Shown here in pieces: positions 18,592-29,122 of a stretch of 64,000 bases of DNA (the first letter of the stretch is position 1; each line of letters starts with the position of its first letter). Source of the DNA: Minisyncoccota bacterium (lineage in GTDB: Bacteria; Patescibacteriota; Minisyncoccia; UBA6257; 1-14-0-10-44-23); contig JAWKSL010000001.1 of NCBI GenBank assembly GCA_041389085.1, positions 102,765 to 166,764 of the forward strand, given 5' to 3'. The notes under the pieces were generated by a model. That model was not told the DNA's origin. It saw only the letters and a program-made list of their open reading frames with translations, and made no database searches. The position numbers and the translations under genes were made by a program.

Positions 18592-19518
18592 ATGGATAGG
18601 ACGGCTTTGTTTGATTTTGCCTTGGAGGAACTCATTACTGCCTTCGACCAGGGGTTGATGCTTCTGGTAGTTGGCGGCAGAAGCACAAACCTGTCCGCAG
18701 AAATGAGAGACGGTCAAAACATCGTGTGGCTTGGTAGCACCGACGCTGCGTCCATGGGTGCAAATAGCATCCCCGAGCGAGTCGGAGTGGTGCTTTTCCT
18801 TCGCTTCATTGATCATAAGCTTTTTGAGCGGTTGCGTGCCGACGCCGATCGCAAGAAGATAAGCTTCCTGGGGCCATTTGGCACCGGAGAGCTTCGCAAG
18901 CTCTACTCCCAGGCTCGCAAGGCCCTGGAGAGCGAGAGTAGCGAGTGCGAGGACGCACATGATTATGAGGCGACTCAGAGGAAGGACTACTCTGGGTTGG
19001 TAGCGGCCATTTTTGACCGCGTGAAGACTGAGGATCTCTCGGAAGAACGCCTCGAGGACACATCCTTCTTGAAGGCTCTGGCCGAGGAACTAAGTATCAG
19101 CTGGCCCTCTCTCTCGCTTAAGCGGACAAGGCGGGTGTTTAGAAGCTGCCTTATCACACTTGAGGTGATAAACCCGGTGCAAACAAGCGAAGAGCAGGTA
19201 GAGGAGGCAGAGGCGCAGACTCGCTCGGAAAGCGAAGAAGTCGCAAAACTCAAGAGAGAGGTTGCTCGTCTTCAGCAGAAGCTCTCAGATGCGACCGCGC
19301 TTGCCAACAAGAGGCATGGCGAGAACTCCAAGCTTATTGGTCAAAACAAGAGCCTGCGAAGGAGGATGCAGGCCCTGCGCACAGAGCTCGCCAAGGCAGA
19401 AGATGCCCAGGCGATAGCAATCGAGATGATGGATAGATTCCCTGTGCTGAGGCTTCTCCTCAGCGATCAGGGAAACGAGGCTGTGCCTCCAGCTGAAGCC
19501 AGTTCTCGTCCTTACTAG
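18592..19518 (+). CDS. Orphan with DUF2325-like N-terminal domain and coiled coil (cassette-type)
   Basis: LVVGG ... FLRFIDHKLFERLRADADRKKI; TTGCCA-N17-CATTAT; SD GGAGGT; hairpin after the stop. Confidence 0.7.
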   Translation: MDRTALFDFALEELITAFDQGLMLLVVGGRSTNLSAEMRDGQNIVWLGSTDAASMGANSIPERVGVVLFLRFIDHKLFERLRADADRKKISFLGPFGTGELRKLYSQARKALESESSECEDAHDYEATQRKDYSGLVAAIFDRVKTEDLSEERLEDTSFLKALAEELSISWPSLSLKRTRRVFRSCLITLEVINPVQTSEEQVEEAEAQTRSESEEVAKLKREVARLQQKLSDATALANKRHGENSKLIGQNKSLRRRMQALRTELAKAEDAQAIAIEMMDRFPVLRLLLSDQGNEAVPPAEASSRPY

Positions 19519-19620
19519 CGAGAGCGCTGGTGGCAGCAATGCCACTGGCGCTCAATTTTTTATAAAAATCAAACGGCGCGGGCTTCCTTGCGGATGCTCG
19601 CGCCGAATGGCGTTGTGGGG

Positions 19621-20319
19621 TTACCGGCCGGGTATGGCGGGCGGGCGAAAGCTCATGTCGCCAGCTGCCATACTCAGTGCAGCTTGGAAGCCCTTGAGGA
19701 AGGTGTCTACCTCCCCTTCGGTGCGCAAGGTCTCGGTCCAGGTTGCCTTCGGTGTCTCGACAGTGACGTGGTAGACGGTTACCTTGGGGTCTTGCGCCAC
19801 ATGGATTGCCAAAAGGGTGATCTTGCCCTGAGGGCCAGTGGCAGGAAGATCGTCGACTGTGTTGAAGGCGGCTTCTGTGCTGAAGTTCTCAGGGTAATCG
19901 ACACCCTCGATTGAGGCGGTCGGCATTCCCGTGCCCCACTCAGCAACGTAGGCGTCGACTTCCTCCTGAGTGAAGGTGGGTCTGCCGCCTACCATCCGGT
20001 AGACGACCTTCTCTTGTCTCATGGCCGCCAACAGCTCTTCTTCTTCCATTCCGGTCTTGCGCAAGACCTCGTCGAAGCTCAGACGACTTGGCTGCTCAAA
20101 GTAGTCAACGCCCTCGATTGAGGCGGTAGGCACACAGATCGTAGGCTTCCCCGCCAGGTAGGCGTCGATGTCGGACTGCAGGAACTTCATCTGCCCGCCC
20201 TCGCGCCACACACGAATCTTGCGCTCTTTGATCAGCGCCTCGAGGCCTTCCTCATCGGTGCTCAGCAGGCGCAGGGCCGCGTCGAAGCTCACAAACTCTG
20301 ACTTCTCTTGTCCACTCAC
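19621..20319 (-). CDS. Protein with two tandem excisionase/MerR-like HTH repeats (cassette-type)
   Basis: Two units SFD..L.....EE.L......F....DAY, each followed by PTASIEGVDY; TTGAAA-N17-TAGGCT; SD AGGAG. Confidence 0.75.
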   Translation of the reverse strand: MSGQEKSEFVSFDAALRLLSTDEEGLEALIKERKIRVWREGGQMKFLQSDIDAYLAGKPTICVPTASIEGVDYFEQPSRLSFDEVLRKTGMEEEELLAAMRQEKVVYRMVGGRPTFTQEEVDAYVAEWGTGMPTASIEGVDYPENFSTEAAFNTVDDLPATGPQGKITLLAIHVAQDPKVTVYHVTVETPKATWTETLRTEGEVDTFLKGFQAALSMAAGDMSFRPPAIPGR

Positions 20320-20407
20320 GATGCTCTCCTGTTCTCCTTCCCCATAGGAAGGGCTGGTTGTACTAAAAGGAAGCCTAGCGTACTCGCTTGGCTATTTCAA
20401 ATTTTTA

Positions 20408-20512
20408 CTAGATTCCTCCGATTGTTCCCTCGAATCCAGCTTGTAGGCCCCAGCGTATTAAAAAGTAGAGGGCTATTAGAAGAATTGCTCCGCCGATAAT
20501 CTTTTTTAGCAT
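20408..20512 (-). CDS. 34-aa single-TM peptide (missed by ORF track)
   Basis: MLKKIIGGAILLIALYFLIRWGLQAGFEGTIGGI fills the intergenic gap. Confidence 0.5.
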   Translation of the reverse strand: MLKKIIGGAILLIALYFLIRWGLQAGFEGTIGGI

Positions 20513-20586
20513 GTATTTGTAGTAGGATTTTGTTTTATTAGGCAATCAGTTAGGGGGCTTTCCAGCCGAAGTGTGGAGGGTCCTGC

Positions 20587-21531
20587 TTATTCGAACTCTA
20601 TTGTTTCGATTCGAAGTGCATATTTATCTTCAAGCTGGTTATGGAATTTAGCCTTCTCTTCCCCGGAAGAATTTTGGTAGTCCTCATTACCAAAGAGCTC
20701 GCTATATCTATATGGAAAGGAGTATACCTGATATGTTCCCCACTCTGGATGGTTGTAAGTTTTAGGTTCCGGCAACGGATAAACTTTGTACTCCAAGGTG
20801 TGGTTATTTATCCAGCGGATTGGAATCCTTTCATGACCCGATAATTCACTCTCGCTGAATACCATCGTTTCTCCTTTGCCTAGCAAAATATCTCTTTCTA
20901 TAGAATTTGTTTGCATGTTAAACACTAGTAGCCTGTCGTATTTCGTATTTCCGTTTAACTTTATTGCAACACGATTGCCATCTGGCGAATAAATAAAAGC
21001 ATTCCAATAGATAGTGGTGTTGTCTGGATTTAATTTCTTTAACTTCCCTGATTCTGTGTTAAAGCTATACAGATAGACTGGGAAAAGTGCATCGGTACCC
21101 CCATTAAATCTGGATGCCCTTAAATAGAGGTTATTGTTTATGGGTGTTACCCCGGCACTGTCGGTGCTTATTAGAAAAAAGCTAGAAACATTTGGATTTG
21201 GAACTTCCTCTCCGTAGAGCTCAACTACTTTTTGAGAAAGATTTTCAAGCAAGACAAACTTTTCTCCATTTGCATTGTAATATACAAGAGATTGTGATTC
21301 TGGAGGCGCAAAGGTATTATTCGGCAATGGGTAAACAGACTCTATCTTGTAGCTATTAAGGTCTGCTGGTTGCTCAACGACTGGATTTGTTAAGGTGCTG
21401 TCTTCTTCCGGGGCTTTTGGTATATCTTGCGCGCTTTCTGAATCAGAAATTTCCCTTGACGTATTGCTCAGGGTAAAATATGTGGCGCCTACTAAAACAA
21501 CGATTACCGCACCTATGATTATTTTCTTCAT
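20587..21531 (-). CDS. Membrane-anchored exported protein, possibly beta-propeller-like
   Basis: N-terminal TM, YSPDGNRVAI motif, AT-rich. Confidence 0.75.
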   Translation of the reverse strand: MKKIIIGAVIVVLVGATYFTLSNTSREISDSESAQDIPKAPEEDSTLTNPVVEQPADLNSYKIESVYPLPNNTFAPPESQSLVYYNANGEKFVLLENLSQKVVELYGEEVPNPNVSSFFLISTDSAGVTPINNNLYLRASRFNGGTDALFPVYLYSFNTESGKLKKLNPDNTTIYWNAFIYSPDGNRVAIKLNGNTKYDRLLVFNMQTNSIERDILLGKGETMVFSESELSGHERIPIRWINNHTLEYKVYPLPEPKTYNHPEWGTYQVYSFPYRYSELFGNEDYQNSSGEEKAKFHNQLEDKYALRIETIEFE

Positions 21532-21613
21532 GCTAAAACTATACCCTTCACGCAGGAGGTGGGCAAGATCTAAAGAATTGGCAACTACCTCCCTAATGAA
21601 CCAGGGAAATGAT

Positions 21614-24600
21614 TTATCTTATGCTTCTTGAAAGTTCGCAGTAGCTACAATCAGCCTCATTACAGGTTTTATCCCAAAAGCTGAGATTTAGTATTTCTTC
21701 TGCTACCTTCTTAACTTGGTTCTGAAGCTCCCCTGCTTGGGCTTCTGATATTGAAAACTGGTGGCGCACGTGCCTACCCTTATTATCTGGCTCGACAAAG
21801 TCTATTTCCCCTGTGCGCATCTTGAAACGCGGGGTAGGTTTCCCGCCATCAGTTCCACTGGGCGAGGTTTGCGCTTCTGTTAGATAGTTATCTAACAGAA
21901 GCTTATACAACACGAGCTGGCGGTGGTAGTCGCCGGTAGAGCTTTTTGTTTTACCCTGCAGCACGTGTGCGCTCTTTGGTTTGCCTGTTTTGTAGTCGAC
22001 TACGTTGCACTCATTTGTATCTGGATTTATCTCTATCTTGTCTATCTTCCCGTTTAGCGAAAATTCTTGGCCTGAATCTGTTTGCATCGACACATGCTTT
22101 ACGTTGAACTCATATAAAATATGCTGGCTCCAGCTTTTTGAATTTGCGTCGAAATAAATACTGAGCGCCTCTTTACCCTTCTCTAGCAGCTCCTCAAACT
22201 CTGCTTTTGAAAGCGGCTCCTTTTCTAACTCTGTTTCAAACACTGTAAGAAGAAAGGCTTTCTTTGCCGGTTCTCCTTCCTTCACTTTCTCGAGCGTTTT
22301 GTGGAGCGCTTCGTGGATAGCGGTGCCGTAGCTCATGTGTTTTGTCTTTGCTTGTGGAAGGCGCACGAGGTTTTTAAAGAAGAACTGCCACGGGCACTTA
22401 AGGTAGTTGTTGAGCGCGGTAACTGAAAGGCCGCGAGAGAGAAAGAGCTCGTTTAAAAACTCTTTTTCTCCTTGCCCTATTCCGCGCGCAACTATTTTTG
22501 AGGGGCTAAACAAAATGTCTTTCTCTTTTTTGAAAGCTTCTTCGAGCTTAGTTGTATCTACCTCCTTCAGAAGCTCTGCGTCTATTTCGCTTAGATACTG
22601 GCTTGGGAGCTGGTCGCGCTCACTCGCACTCTTTTGCGCATAGCTTATAAGTACTTCTTTGCGCGCTCGCGTAAGGGCTACATAGAAAAGGTTTCTTTCA
22701 TCCTCGTGAGCATCGTCTGTTGTTTGCCCGAGCAGGCTAAATGCCTTTGCGGGGAGCTTAATGTTTTCTTTCTTCTTCCTGTTTCCCCAGTGGCCGTCGA
22801 AGGCGTTTGCTATATACACCGTGTCGAATTCCATACCTTTCGACTTGTGTGCCGTCATAAGGCGAACTTTTCCTGCTGACTGCTTTGGAGCTTTCTTGAT
22901 AAGGAGGTCGTGGCTCTTTAGAAGCTCTATGTAGTCGATAAACTGGCTGAGTAAATATTCCTTGTGGTTTGCTACTAGGCTTTTTACTTCGTCGAAAAGC
23001 GCGTTGAGCTTGTCGAGCTTTTCAGCTGCGTTTGGCAGGCTCAGAATATATGGGAGGAAGCCGCTTTCTCGCACTATCTCCTCGAAGAGCTGGGCGAAGT
23101 TTTGGAAGTGGGCCTTGCGCTTCCAGTTTTCAAGCTTCTGGAAGAGCTTATGCATAGACTCTGCAGATTCAAGGCCTAGGTTTTGGAGCGCTCCTGCATC
23201 TTTCAGTAGGTGGAGAACTTTTTTCTTATGCTCTTTGCAGTGGGCTATGGACCGGTAAATGTCGAATGGGGCTATACCAAGAAAGTCTGCGTGCATAAGG
23301 CGGATAAGCGACTCCTCGCTTCCAAGACTGTTTACGCTTTCTAAAAGTAGGAGAAGCTTTTTTATATCTTCATCTTCGAAAATGTTTTGGTCGCTTTCTA
23401 TAAGGAAGGGAATGCCAAACTTTTCAAGCATGTGCGCTATTGGCAGCGCGTCGCGGTTGTCGCGATACAGCACGGCTACTTCGCTTGGGTTTGCGCCTTC
23501 TTTGAGCTTCTTTTGAATAGACTTTGCAAGGAAGTAGTTTTCACTCTCGGCTGTTTCAAGCGCTGTGTAGTAAAGCTGCTTTTCTTGGTGAAGGCTTTGG
23601 GCCTTGAGCTTTATCTTTGGGTCGATACTGCTCTTTTTTACTGCATGTGCCGCATTGAGAATAGTTTGGCTGGAGCGGTAGTTGCTCTCGAGCTTTATTA
23701 GCTCGGCTTCTGGATAAAGCTTTTGGAAATAGAGGAAGTTTTCTAAGCTTGCTCCCTGGAAACGATAAATCGCCTGCTTCTCGTCGCCCACTACGAAAAT
23801 GTTTGGGCTTTTGTGGAAATTCATAAGAAGCTCGAGAATTTTGTTCTGAGCGTTGTTGGTGTCTTGGTGTTCGTCTACTAGCACATAGTGAAAGCTTTCT
23901 TGAAGTTGAAAGAGGAGGTCTTTGTCTTTCTTCAAAACATCAAGAACTTGAATGAGCATGTCGGAGTAATCGTAGAGCTTTTGTTTCTTGAGCTCCTCTT
24001 GGTAGCTCTCGAAAAGATTTGAAAGCTCGTTGTTTTTCTCTATATTTTTGAGCTCCTTTTGATAGACACCTTTCATCTTGCCTTTGTGTGCACCCTTCTC
24101 ATGGTAGAGGTCTTCGATAGAGGCAAAGCTTTTCTCTTCTTCTTTTACTATTTTTCTAAACTCCTCTACAGAGACTGCTTCACGCTTGAGGCTGTTTATG
24201 GACGCCAAAATACTCTTGAGGTAATAGTGTGGGTCGCCAAAAGGTTTGAGCGGGCTTTTGCCTGGAAGCTTTTCTATGAGCTTTTCTAAAATCTGCACCT
24301 GCTCTACTTCGGTAATAGCTCGGCTGCCGATAATCTGCTCAAACTGGTCTGGGTAGTCAAAAATAATTGAGTTTGCAAACGCGTGGAAGGTAGTAATGTT
24401 TACGTAGTAGGCTGGCGATCCTATAAGCTGAGCAAGGCGCTTTTTCATAGAAGCTACTCCGCTTTCGGTAAACGTTATGGCGAGGATATTTTCTGGCTCT
24501 GTATCTGTCTTTTCTAAAATGTTTGCTATACGCAGGGTGAGAATCTGAGTTTTCCCCGTACCCGGACCGGCGATAACCATAACAGGGCCTTCAATAGTAT

Positions 24601-24656
24601 CTACGGCTTCTTTCTGCTCAGGATTGAGGCGCTGATATGACTTTTTGAAAATCCAT
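21614..24656 (-). CDS. UvrD/PcrA-family helicase with C-terminal PD-(D/E)XK nuclease domain
   Basis: AGPGTGKT, VDEHQD, VGDEKQAIYRFQGA, NYRS, TAHKSKGMEF, YVALTRA, GKIDKI, VDYKTG; the Q-motif (RLNPEQKEAV) lies upstream of the track start and joins ATG 24656 only via a 1-nt indel. Confidence 0.9.
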
Positions 24657-24736
24657 GTGCACTGACCTTATTGTAGCGATACTGAGCTTTTTATGCTATT
24701 TAGATATAAGTTCCTTACTCCTGAGGAGAATCGCTC

Positions 24737-24861
24737 ATGCCTGACGAATGGCTCCTTCACTGCTACTGGCCTTTTCGGAGGCCTCCTGCGTCTTCTTCAT
24801 CGCATTCTGCGCATGTAGCTGGATTGCCCGGAAGCACAAGGAGGAGCGGAAGCATGACTAG
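24737..24861 (+). CDS. Putative small TM peptide (needs a 1-nt correction)
   Basis: SD GAGGAG; the shifted frame reads ASCVFFIAFCACSWIARKHKEERKHD and ends overlapping the next ATG. Confidence 0.4.
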
Positions 24862-24958
24862 CTTCCACTGGTTCTTGGTTGCCGGCTTTGTTCTCATCGC
24901 CGGCTTGGCCATCGCTTTCTGGATCGCGCGCTATAATGAGCGCCGCCCTCCCTGGTAG
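24854..24958 (+). CDS. 34-aa single-TM peptide
   Basis: SD AGGAGG; MTSFHWFLVAGFVLIAGLAIAFWIARYNERRPPW; hairpin plus T-tract across the stop. Confidence 0.6.
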   Translation: MTSFHWFLVAGFVLIAGLAIAFWIARYNERRPPW

Positions 24959-25031
24959 GAGTGCGGCGCTTGTTCTTTTTTTGATATCTGATATAAAAAG
25001 ATTTCCTTCGCAGTGAGGGAAAGGAGGCATT

Positions 25032-25181
25032 GTGGGGCGAGAGGAACACAATCCCTGGAAGTACTGGACTGGTCTTTTCATCTTTCTCTTCATCGTAACT
25101 CTCCTTGCTTGCTCATGGCGCATTAGTGAGCTCAAGAAGGAGGTAAACAACCTCAAACAGAGGTTTAGCGTGGGGCGCTAG
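25032..25181 (+). CDS. 49-aa single-TM peptide (missed by ORF track)
   Basis: SD GAAAGGAGG, GTG start; MGREEHNPWKYWTGLFIFLFIVTLLACSWRISELKKEVNNLKQRFSVGR; hairpin 25182-25209. Confidence 0.65.
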   Translation: MGREEHNPWKYWTGLFIFLFIVTLLACSWRISELKKEVNNLKQRFSVGR

Positions 25182-25209
25182 GGCGCTTTCGATCTCGATC
25201 GAAGGCGCC

Positions 25210-26308
25210 TCAAATATTTTTTAGAAAGCTTTTTGTTATTTTCTTTATTTGACTATAGTTTTCAGCTTCCATGAGCTTAATGCGGAGCTTTTTGCACCGT
25301 CAAAGTCTGAGCAGTAGGCTTTGTAGTGCTTTTTCATATAATCGAAGTTTTTGAGCCAGTCTTTAGCTTTTAGCTTTGCGGGCTCGCTCTTTCTTTTTTT
25401 CCTTTCTGGCCCGTAAGTTTTTACATAGAGCTTTGTGTGCTCAAGCATTATCTTGAGCTGCTTTTTTAGACTTGGTTTGTATGGCTGCCCGATGCGCCCG
25501 TGACGGACGTGGTTTCTCACCGTGAAAAACCACGGCTTGCCGAAGATGCCTCGGCCTACCATAGTTCCGTCTGCGCCAAACTCTTCGCAGAGCTCACCAG
25601 CCTGACTCAAAGTTTCTACATCTCCATTTCCAAGCAATACTGGGCGCTCGCTTTCAGGAAGCTTATTTACGAGCTCGCGCATAGCGCGCATACGGCTCCA
25701 GTCTGCTGGTACTTTGCTCATTTGCTTTCTGGTTCTTAGGTGCATGATTATAGCAGCTGGGCGCGCTTCAAGGAGGTGAGCCATCCACTCTTCGAGAACG
25801 TCTGTGTTGTAGCCCATGCGCGTCTTTACTGAAACGGGAAGGTTTGGTGCTCCCTTTTTTGTAGCTAGAATAATGGCCTTTGCTCTTTCTGGGTCTTTTA
25901 TAAGTGCTGAGCCTGCGCCACTTTTCTCTACCCCTTGTCTGGGCAGCCCATGTTTATATCGATGCCGTCGAAAACTCCTGCCTCTTGTATTTGCCTTGCC
26001 ACTTTTTCAAACTGCTCCGGTTTTGAGCCGAAAATTTGAGCTACTGTTGGCGCGTGCTTATCGAGCTTATAAAAATCTACGAGTGCTATGTCTCTTCCTT
26101 CAGAAAGAAGCGCCTCTACTGAAACAAACTCTGTCCAGGCAACATATCTCTCGACATGCTCGAGATTGTGCTTAGCTCCTCTACGACACTGTGTGCAGGA
26201 GTACTTAGCGATAATGGCACGAAAAACCGCGTCGGTAACGTTTGCCATCGGCGCGAGTGCGAGTATTGGTGTTTTTAGCTCCTTCCAAAAATTTTTAGTC
26301 GTCGTCAT
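25210..26308 (-). CDS. dus: tRNA-dihydrouridine synthase, split by two 1-nt homopolymer frameshifts
   Basis: LAPMANVTD, WTEFVS, AQIFG, DINMGCP, GAGSALI, MHLRT, GNGDV, MVGRG; shifts near 25930 and 25290. Confidence 0.85.
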
Positions 26309-27365
26309 CTCTCCTCTTAAATATCATTCTCAAAAGCCACTTGAGGATAAAGTAGATAAAGACGAGAAGCAAGGCGTAGAAGAGCCACTTTATCTTAAAG
26401 ATAAAGTACATAAGTGAGATAAAAAGTAAGTAGGCCCTTTTGAGCGCGCCGCGTTCTGAACCTTTTATTTGCAACTGCTGCTCATCTTCAGCTCCTGATG
26501 TTTGGCTTTCACTCTTAGTTGTACTTATAACCTTGCTTTCTGTTTCTTCAATTTCTGCCTTGAGCTTCTGGCGAACTCCAGCTAAAGACTCTGCCTGCTT
26601 TTGCGCAAAGTCTTCGAGCTTTTCGTAAACTGTTTTTGCAACCTGCTTGGCCGTTGCCGCTCCCCCATCTTCTACGACCGGAGCTTCCTCCGCTACCTTT
26701 TCTTCTTCCACAAACTCAGACTCTCTTGCTGAGAGCGGGTTTGCGTCGTGACCGTCGAGAACGTCGTCGTTGTCGCTATCTGGGTCGAGCGGGTTTGTGC
26801 CCTTTTCCTCTTCTTCTTTATCGCTCAGACCATCTTGGTCGGTGTCTTTGTTTTTCGGATCAGTTCCTAGCTCTTCCTCTTTTTTATCGGTAAGGCCGTC
26901 GCCATCGTCGTCTTGGTCTTCCTTGTCTCCTACGCCGTCTCCATCAGTATCGAAGTCTACATCGAAAGACTCCTCAGCTGTTTTTGCGTTTACTGCTATA
27001 ACAAAGGCATTTGGATCGTCTGCTAGATATGCCTTCTTTATACGAGCTGTTAGTGTATGCTCCCCACTCGCAACTTTCCAATCTACCTGTACTTGCGCGA
27101 GCTGACCTGCTGGCGCTTTGAACTCGATTGTTCCAATACTCTTACTGTTGTCGAAAAACTCTACTTCACCTTTTATTTCCTGATCTTCACTATTAAAGAC
27201 TGCTGAATAAATAGTGATTGTTTGGTTAGCAAAAAATGGCGTTTGGGAGTACCAAATGTTTCTATCTATAATTCCAAAGTTCTTTTCCTCTTGGCTTTGA
27301 GCTCCTGCTGCAAGCGGCACTATTGTTAGAAGGGCAGCGCAGAACAAGAGGGCTTTATTCCTCAT
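26295..27365 (-). CDS. Surface protein with Ig-like domain and Ca-binding TSP3-like repeats
   Basis: Signal peptide, DTDGDG/DDDGDGL/GTDP..DTD repeats, C-terminal TM. Confidence 0.85.
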   Translation of the reverse strand: MRNKALLFCAALLTIVPLAAGAQSQEEKNFGIIDRNIWYSQTPFFANQTITIYSAVFNSEDQEIKGEVEFFDNSKSIGTIEFKAPAGQLAQVQVDWKVASGEHTLTARIKKAYLADDPNAFVIAVNAKTAEESFDVDFDTDGDGVGDKEDQDDDGDGLTDKKEEELGTDPKNKDTDQDGLSDKEEEEKGTNPLDPDSDNDDVLDGHDANPLSARESEFVEEEKVAEEAPVVEDGGAATAKQVAKTVYEKLEDFAQKQAESLAGVRQKLKAEIEETESKVISTTKSESQTSGAEDEQQLQIKGSERGALKRAYLLFISLMYFIFKIKWLFYALLLVFIYFILKWLLRMIFKRRDDDD

Positions 27366-27412
27366 ACTTCTATTATAAAGAAAAATAAGCCTTTCGGCTT
27401 ATTTTTCTTCAC

Positions 27413-27646
27413 TTAGAGCTGACTTGCGTCTTGATCGTAGTCTTGAAACTCGGTTTCAAGATCTGTTTGATTGAGCCCTTCGAGCTCTGCTTCCATTGAA
27501 GCTGCACTGTCATCTTCTGGGCCTGGGACTTCACCTACTTCTTCCATTTGCTCGATTGAGCCTGCCCCATCCTTGTCTGCTACAAATATCCAGTAGCCAA
27601 GGAAGATAAGAATTATGATAACAATGACGATTGTGGCTTTCTTCAT
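27413..27646 (-). CDS. Small membrane-anchored acidic protein
   Basis: N-terminal TM plus acidic tail. Confidence 0.75.
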   Translation of the reverse strand: MKKATIVIVIIILIFLGYWIFVADKDGAGSIEQMEEVGEVPGPEDDSAASMEAELEGLNQTDLETEFQDYDQDASQL

Positions 27647-27694
27647 TGGTTATTTTGCTAATACATTTATATTAGCTTTATTATAGCAGTTTCT

Positions 27695-28444
27695 TTATTC
27701 GTCTGCAGAGTCGTCTTCTGCATCCTTCACAAGCTCAACTGCTGTACGAAGCTTTTCTCGTGCGTTTTCAATATCTTGCTTTACCGCTTCAAGGTCTTCG
27801 TGCATTTTTGCCTTGAGTTCAAGCGCTGCATCTACTGATGCATCTTCACTTTCAACATCGAGCTCGTAGGTCATTTCTGCCTGCGCGTCTACTGACGCTT
27901 GTGCTGCATCGATGGCTTCTTCAGCTGCCTGAATTTCTTCATCTGCATCTACCCCCAGCTCATCTGCCTTGTTTTCTACGCGGGTAAGAATTTCGCGCAT
28001 TTTTGTGAGCTGCTCGGTCCAGTGTGTTGTAACTCGAGCATTTATGTCCTCAGCGCGGTCGATAAGGCGAAGGAGAATTTCTGCCTTCTTTTCGTCGCTA
28101 AAGTTTTCAAGGCGCTCCTTTAGGTTTTCTTTGTGCTCTTCCCACTTTTCGCGAGCTGCCTCCATGCGATCTTTGAACTCACCCACTATTTCTTGGTGGC
28201 GCTCCTTAAAATCTTCCTTTCTCTCTTCCCAGAGGTCTTTCATTTCTCCTCTGTGCTCTTCCATGAACTCTTTACGCTCTTCTCTGTTTTCTTCCATATG
28301 CTCTTTGCGCTCCTCCATAGCGTCTTTTCGCTCTTGGCGAACTTCAGCGCGAAGGTCTGCATTTACATCTGTTTGAGCAAATGCTGCTAGTGGCGTAAAT
28401 GCCATAAGCGCAGCAAGTGATGTAGTAACTATTCGTTTGTCCAT
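27695..28444 (-). CDS. Secreted coiled-coil protein
   Basis: Signal peptide AFA-Q, E/R/K-rich heptads. Confidence 0.85.
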   Translation of the reverse strand: MDKRIVTTSLAALMAFTPLAAFAQTDVNADLRAEVRQERKDAMEERKEHMEENREERKEFMEEHRGEMKDLWEERKEDFKERHQEIVGEFKDRMEAAREKWEEHKENLKERLENFSDEKKAEILLRLIDRAEDINARVTTHWTEQLTKMREILTRVENKADELGVDADEEIQAAEEAIDAAQASVDAQAEMTYELDVESEDASVDAALELKAKMHEDLEAVKQDIENAREKLRTAVELVKDAEDDSADE

Positions 28445-28691
28445 AATTAAAAATCTTAAATTTGTAATGCTTCTTTTAATTTATAGTATCATGTGCGATT
28501 TTCCTTTTTAACGCTGCTGCGCCGTCAGTGCGTGCGCAGCAGCGAAAAAGGATTTACCCTTATGCCCAATTTATATTGGGCGCTCCTCACACACTTTAAA
28601 AGACGACTCTTTAGTTATTTTCTTACACCTTTTGTATTTGACATTTCACTATTAATGTTTGATAGTAATTAAAGTCTTTGGAGGACGATCA

Positions 28692-29027
28692 ATGGGACTT
28701 CCCCGTAACTCGTATGACGCCCTCCTTAGGAGGGCGTGGGACATCTTGCAGGATCAGTGGGTTGACCACGTCAATCCGCGAGTCCTTGCATCGTGCGCCG
28801 TTGGTCGCGCGCGAGCTGAGCTTGCTGTTGCCATGAGCGCCCTGAGCGACGAAGAGAGGCACAGCATGTATGCCCGGCTCGAGAAGATGGAAGCGAAGCA
28901 CCGCGACCGTCTTCGAGAGCTTGCTGCTGAGCGCAAAGCTCGGCGGGCCAAGGCCTACTCAGGTAGCCTTCCTCGCTCACTGCGTGGTGGCAACCACGGA
29001 AATGCCCTTCCACGGGGCGACCGATAG
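28692..29027 (+). CDS. GC-rich orphan (cassette-type)
   Basis: TTGACA-N17-GATAGT, SD GGAGG before ATG 28692, hairpin at about 29029-29067. Confidence 0.7.
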   Translation: MGLPRNSYDALLRRAWDILQDQWVDHVNPRVLASCAVGRARAELAVAMSALSDEERHSMYARLEKMEAKHRDRLRELAAERKARRAKAYSGSLPRSLRGGNHGNALPRGDR

Positions 29028-29122
29028 CAACGAGCGGCTTTTCCTAACGGAGAGGTCGCTCGTTTTGCTTTCACTACTTGCCGGGCGTATAATAAAGGCA
29101 ATATTCAATAACAATTTACTCC

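Noticed and set aside
12190-20319. Prophage or single genomic island
   Set aside because: No structural, terminase or integrase genes, and backbone-type genes are interleaved with the orphans.
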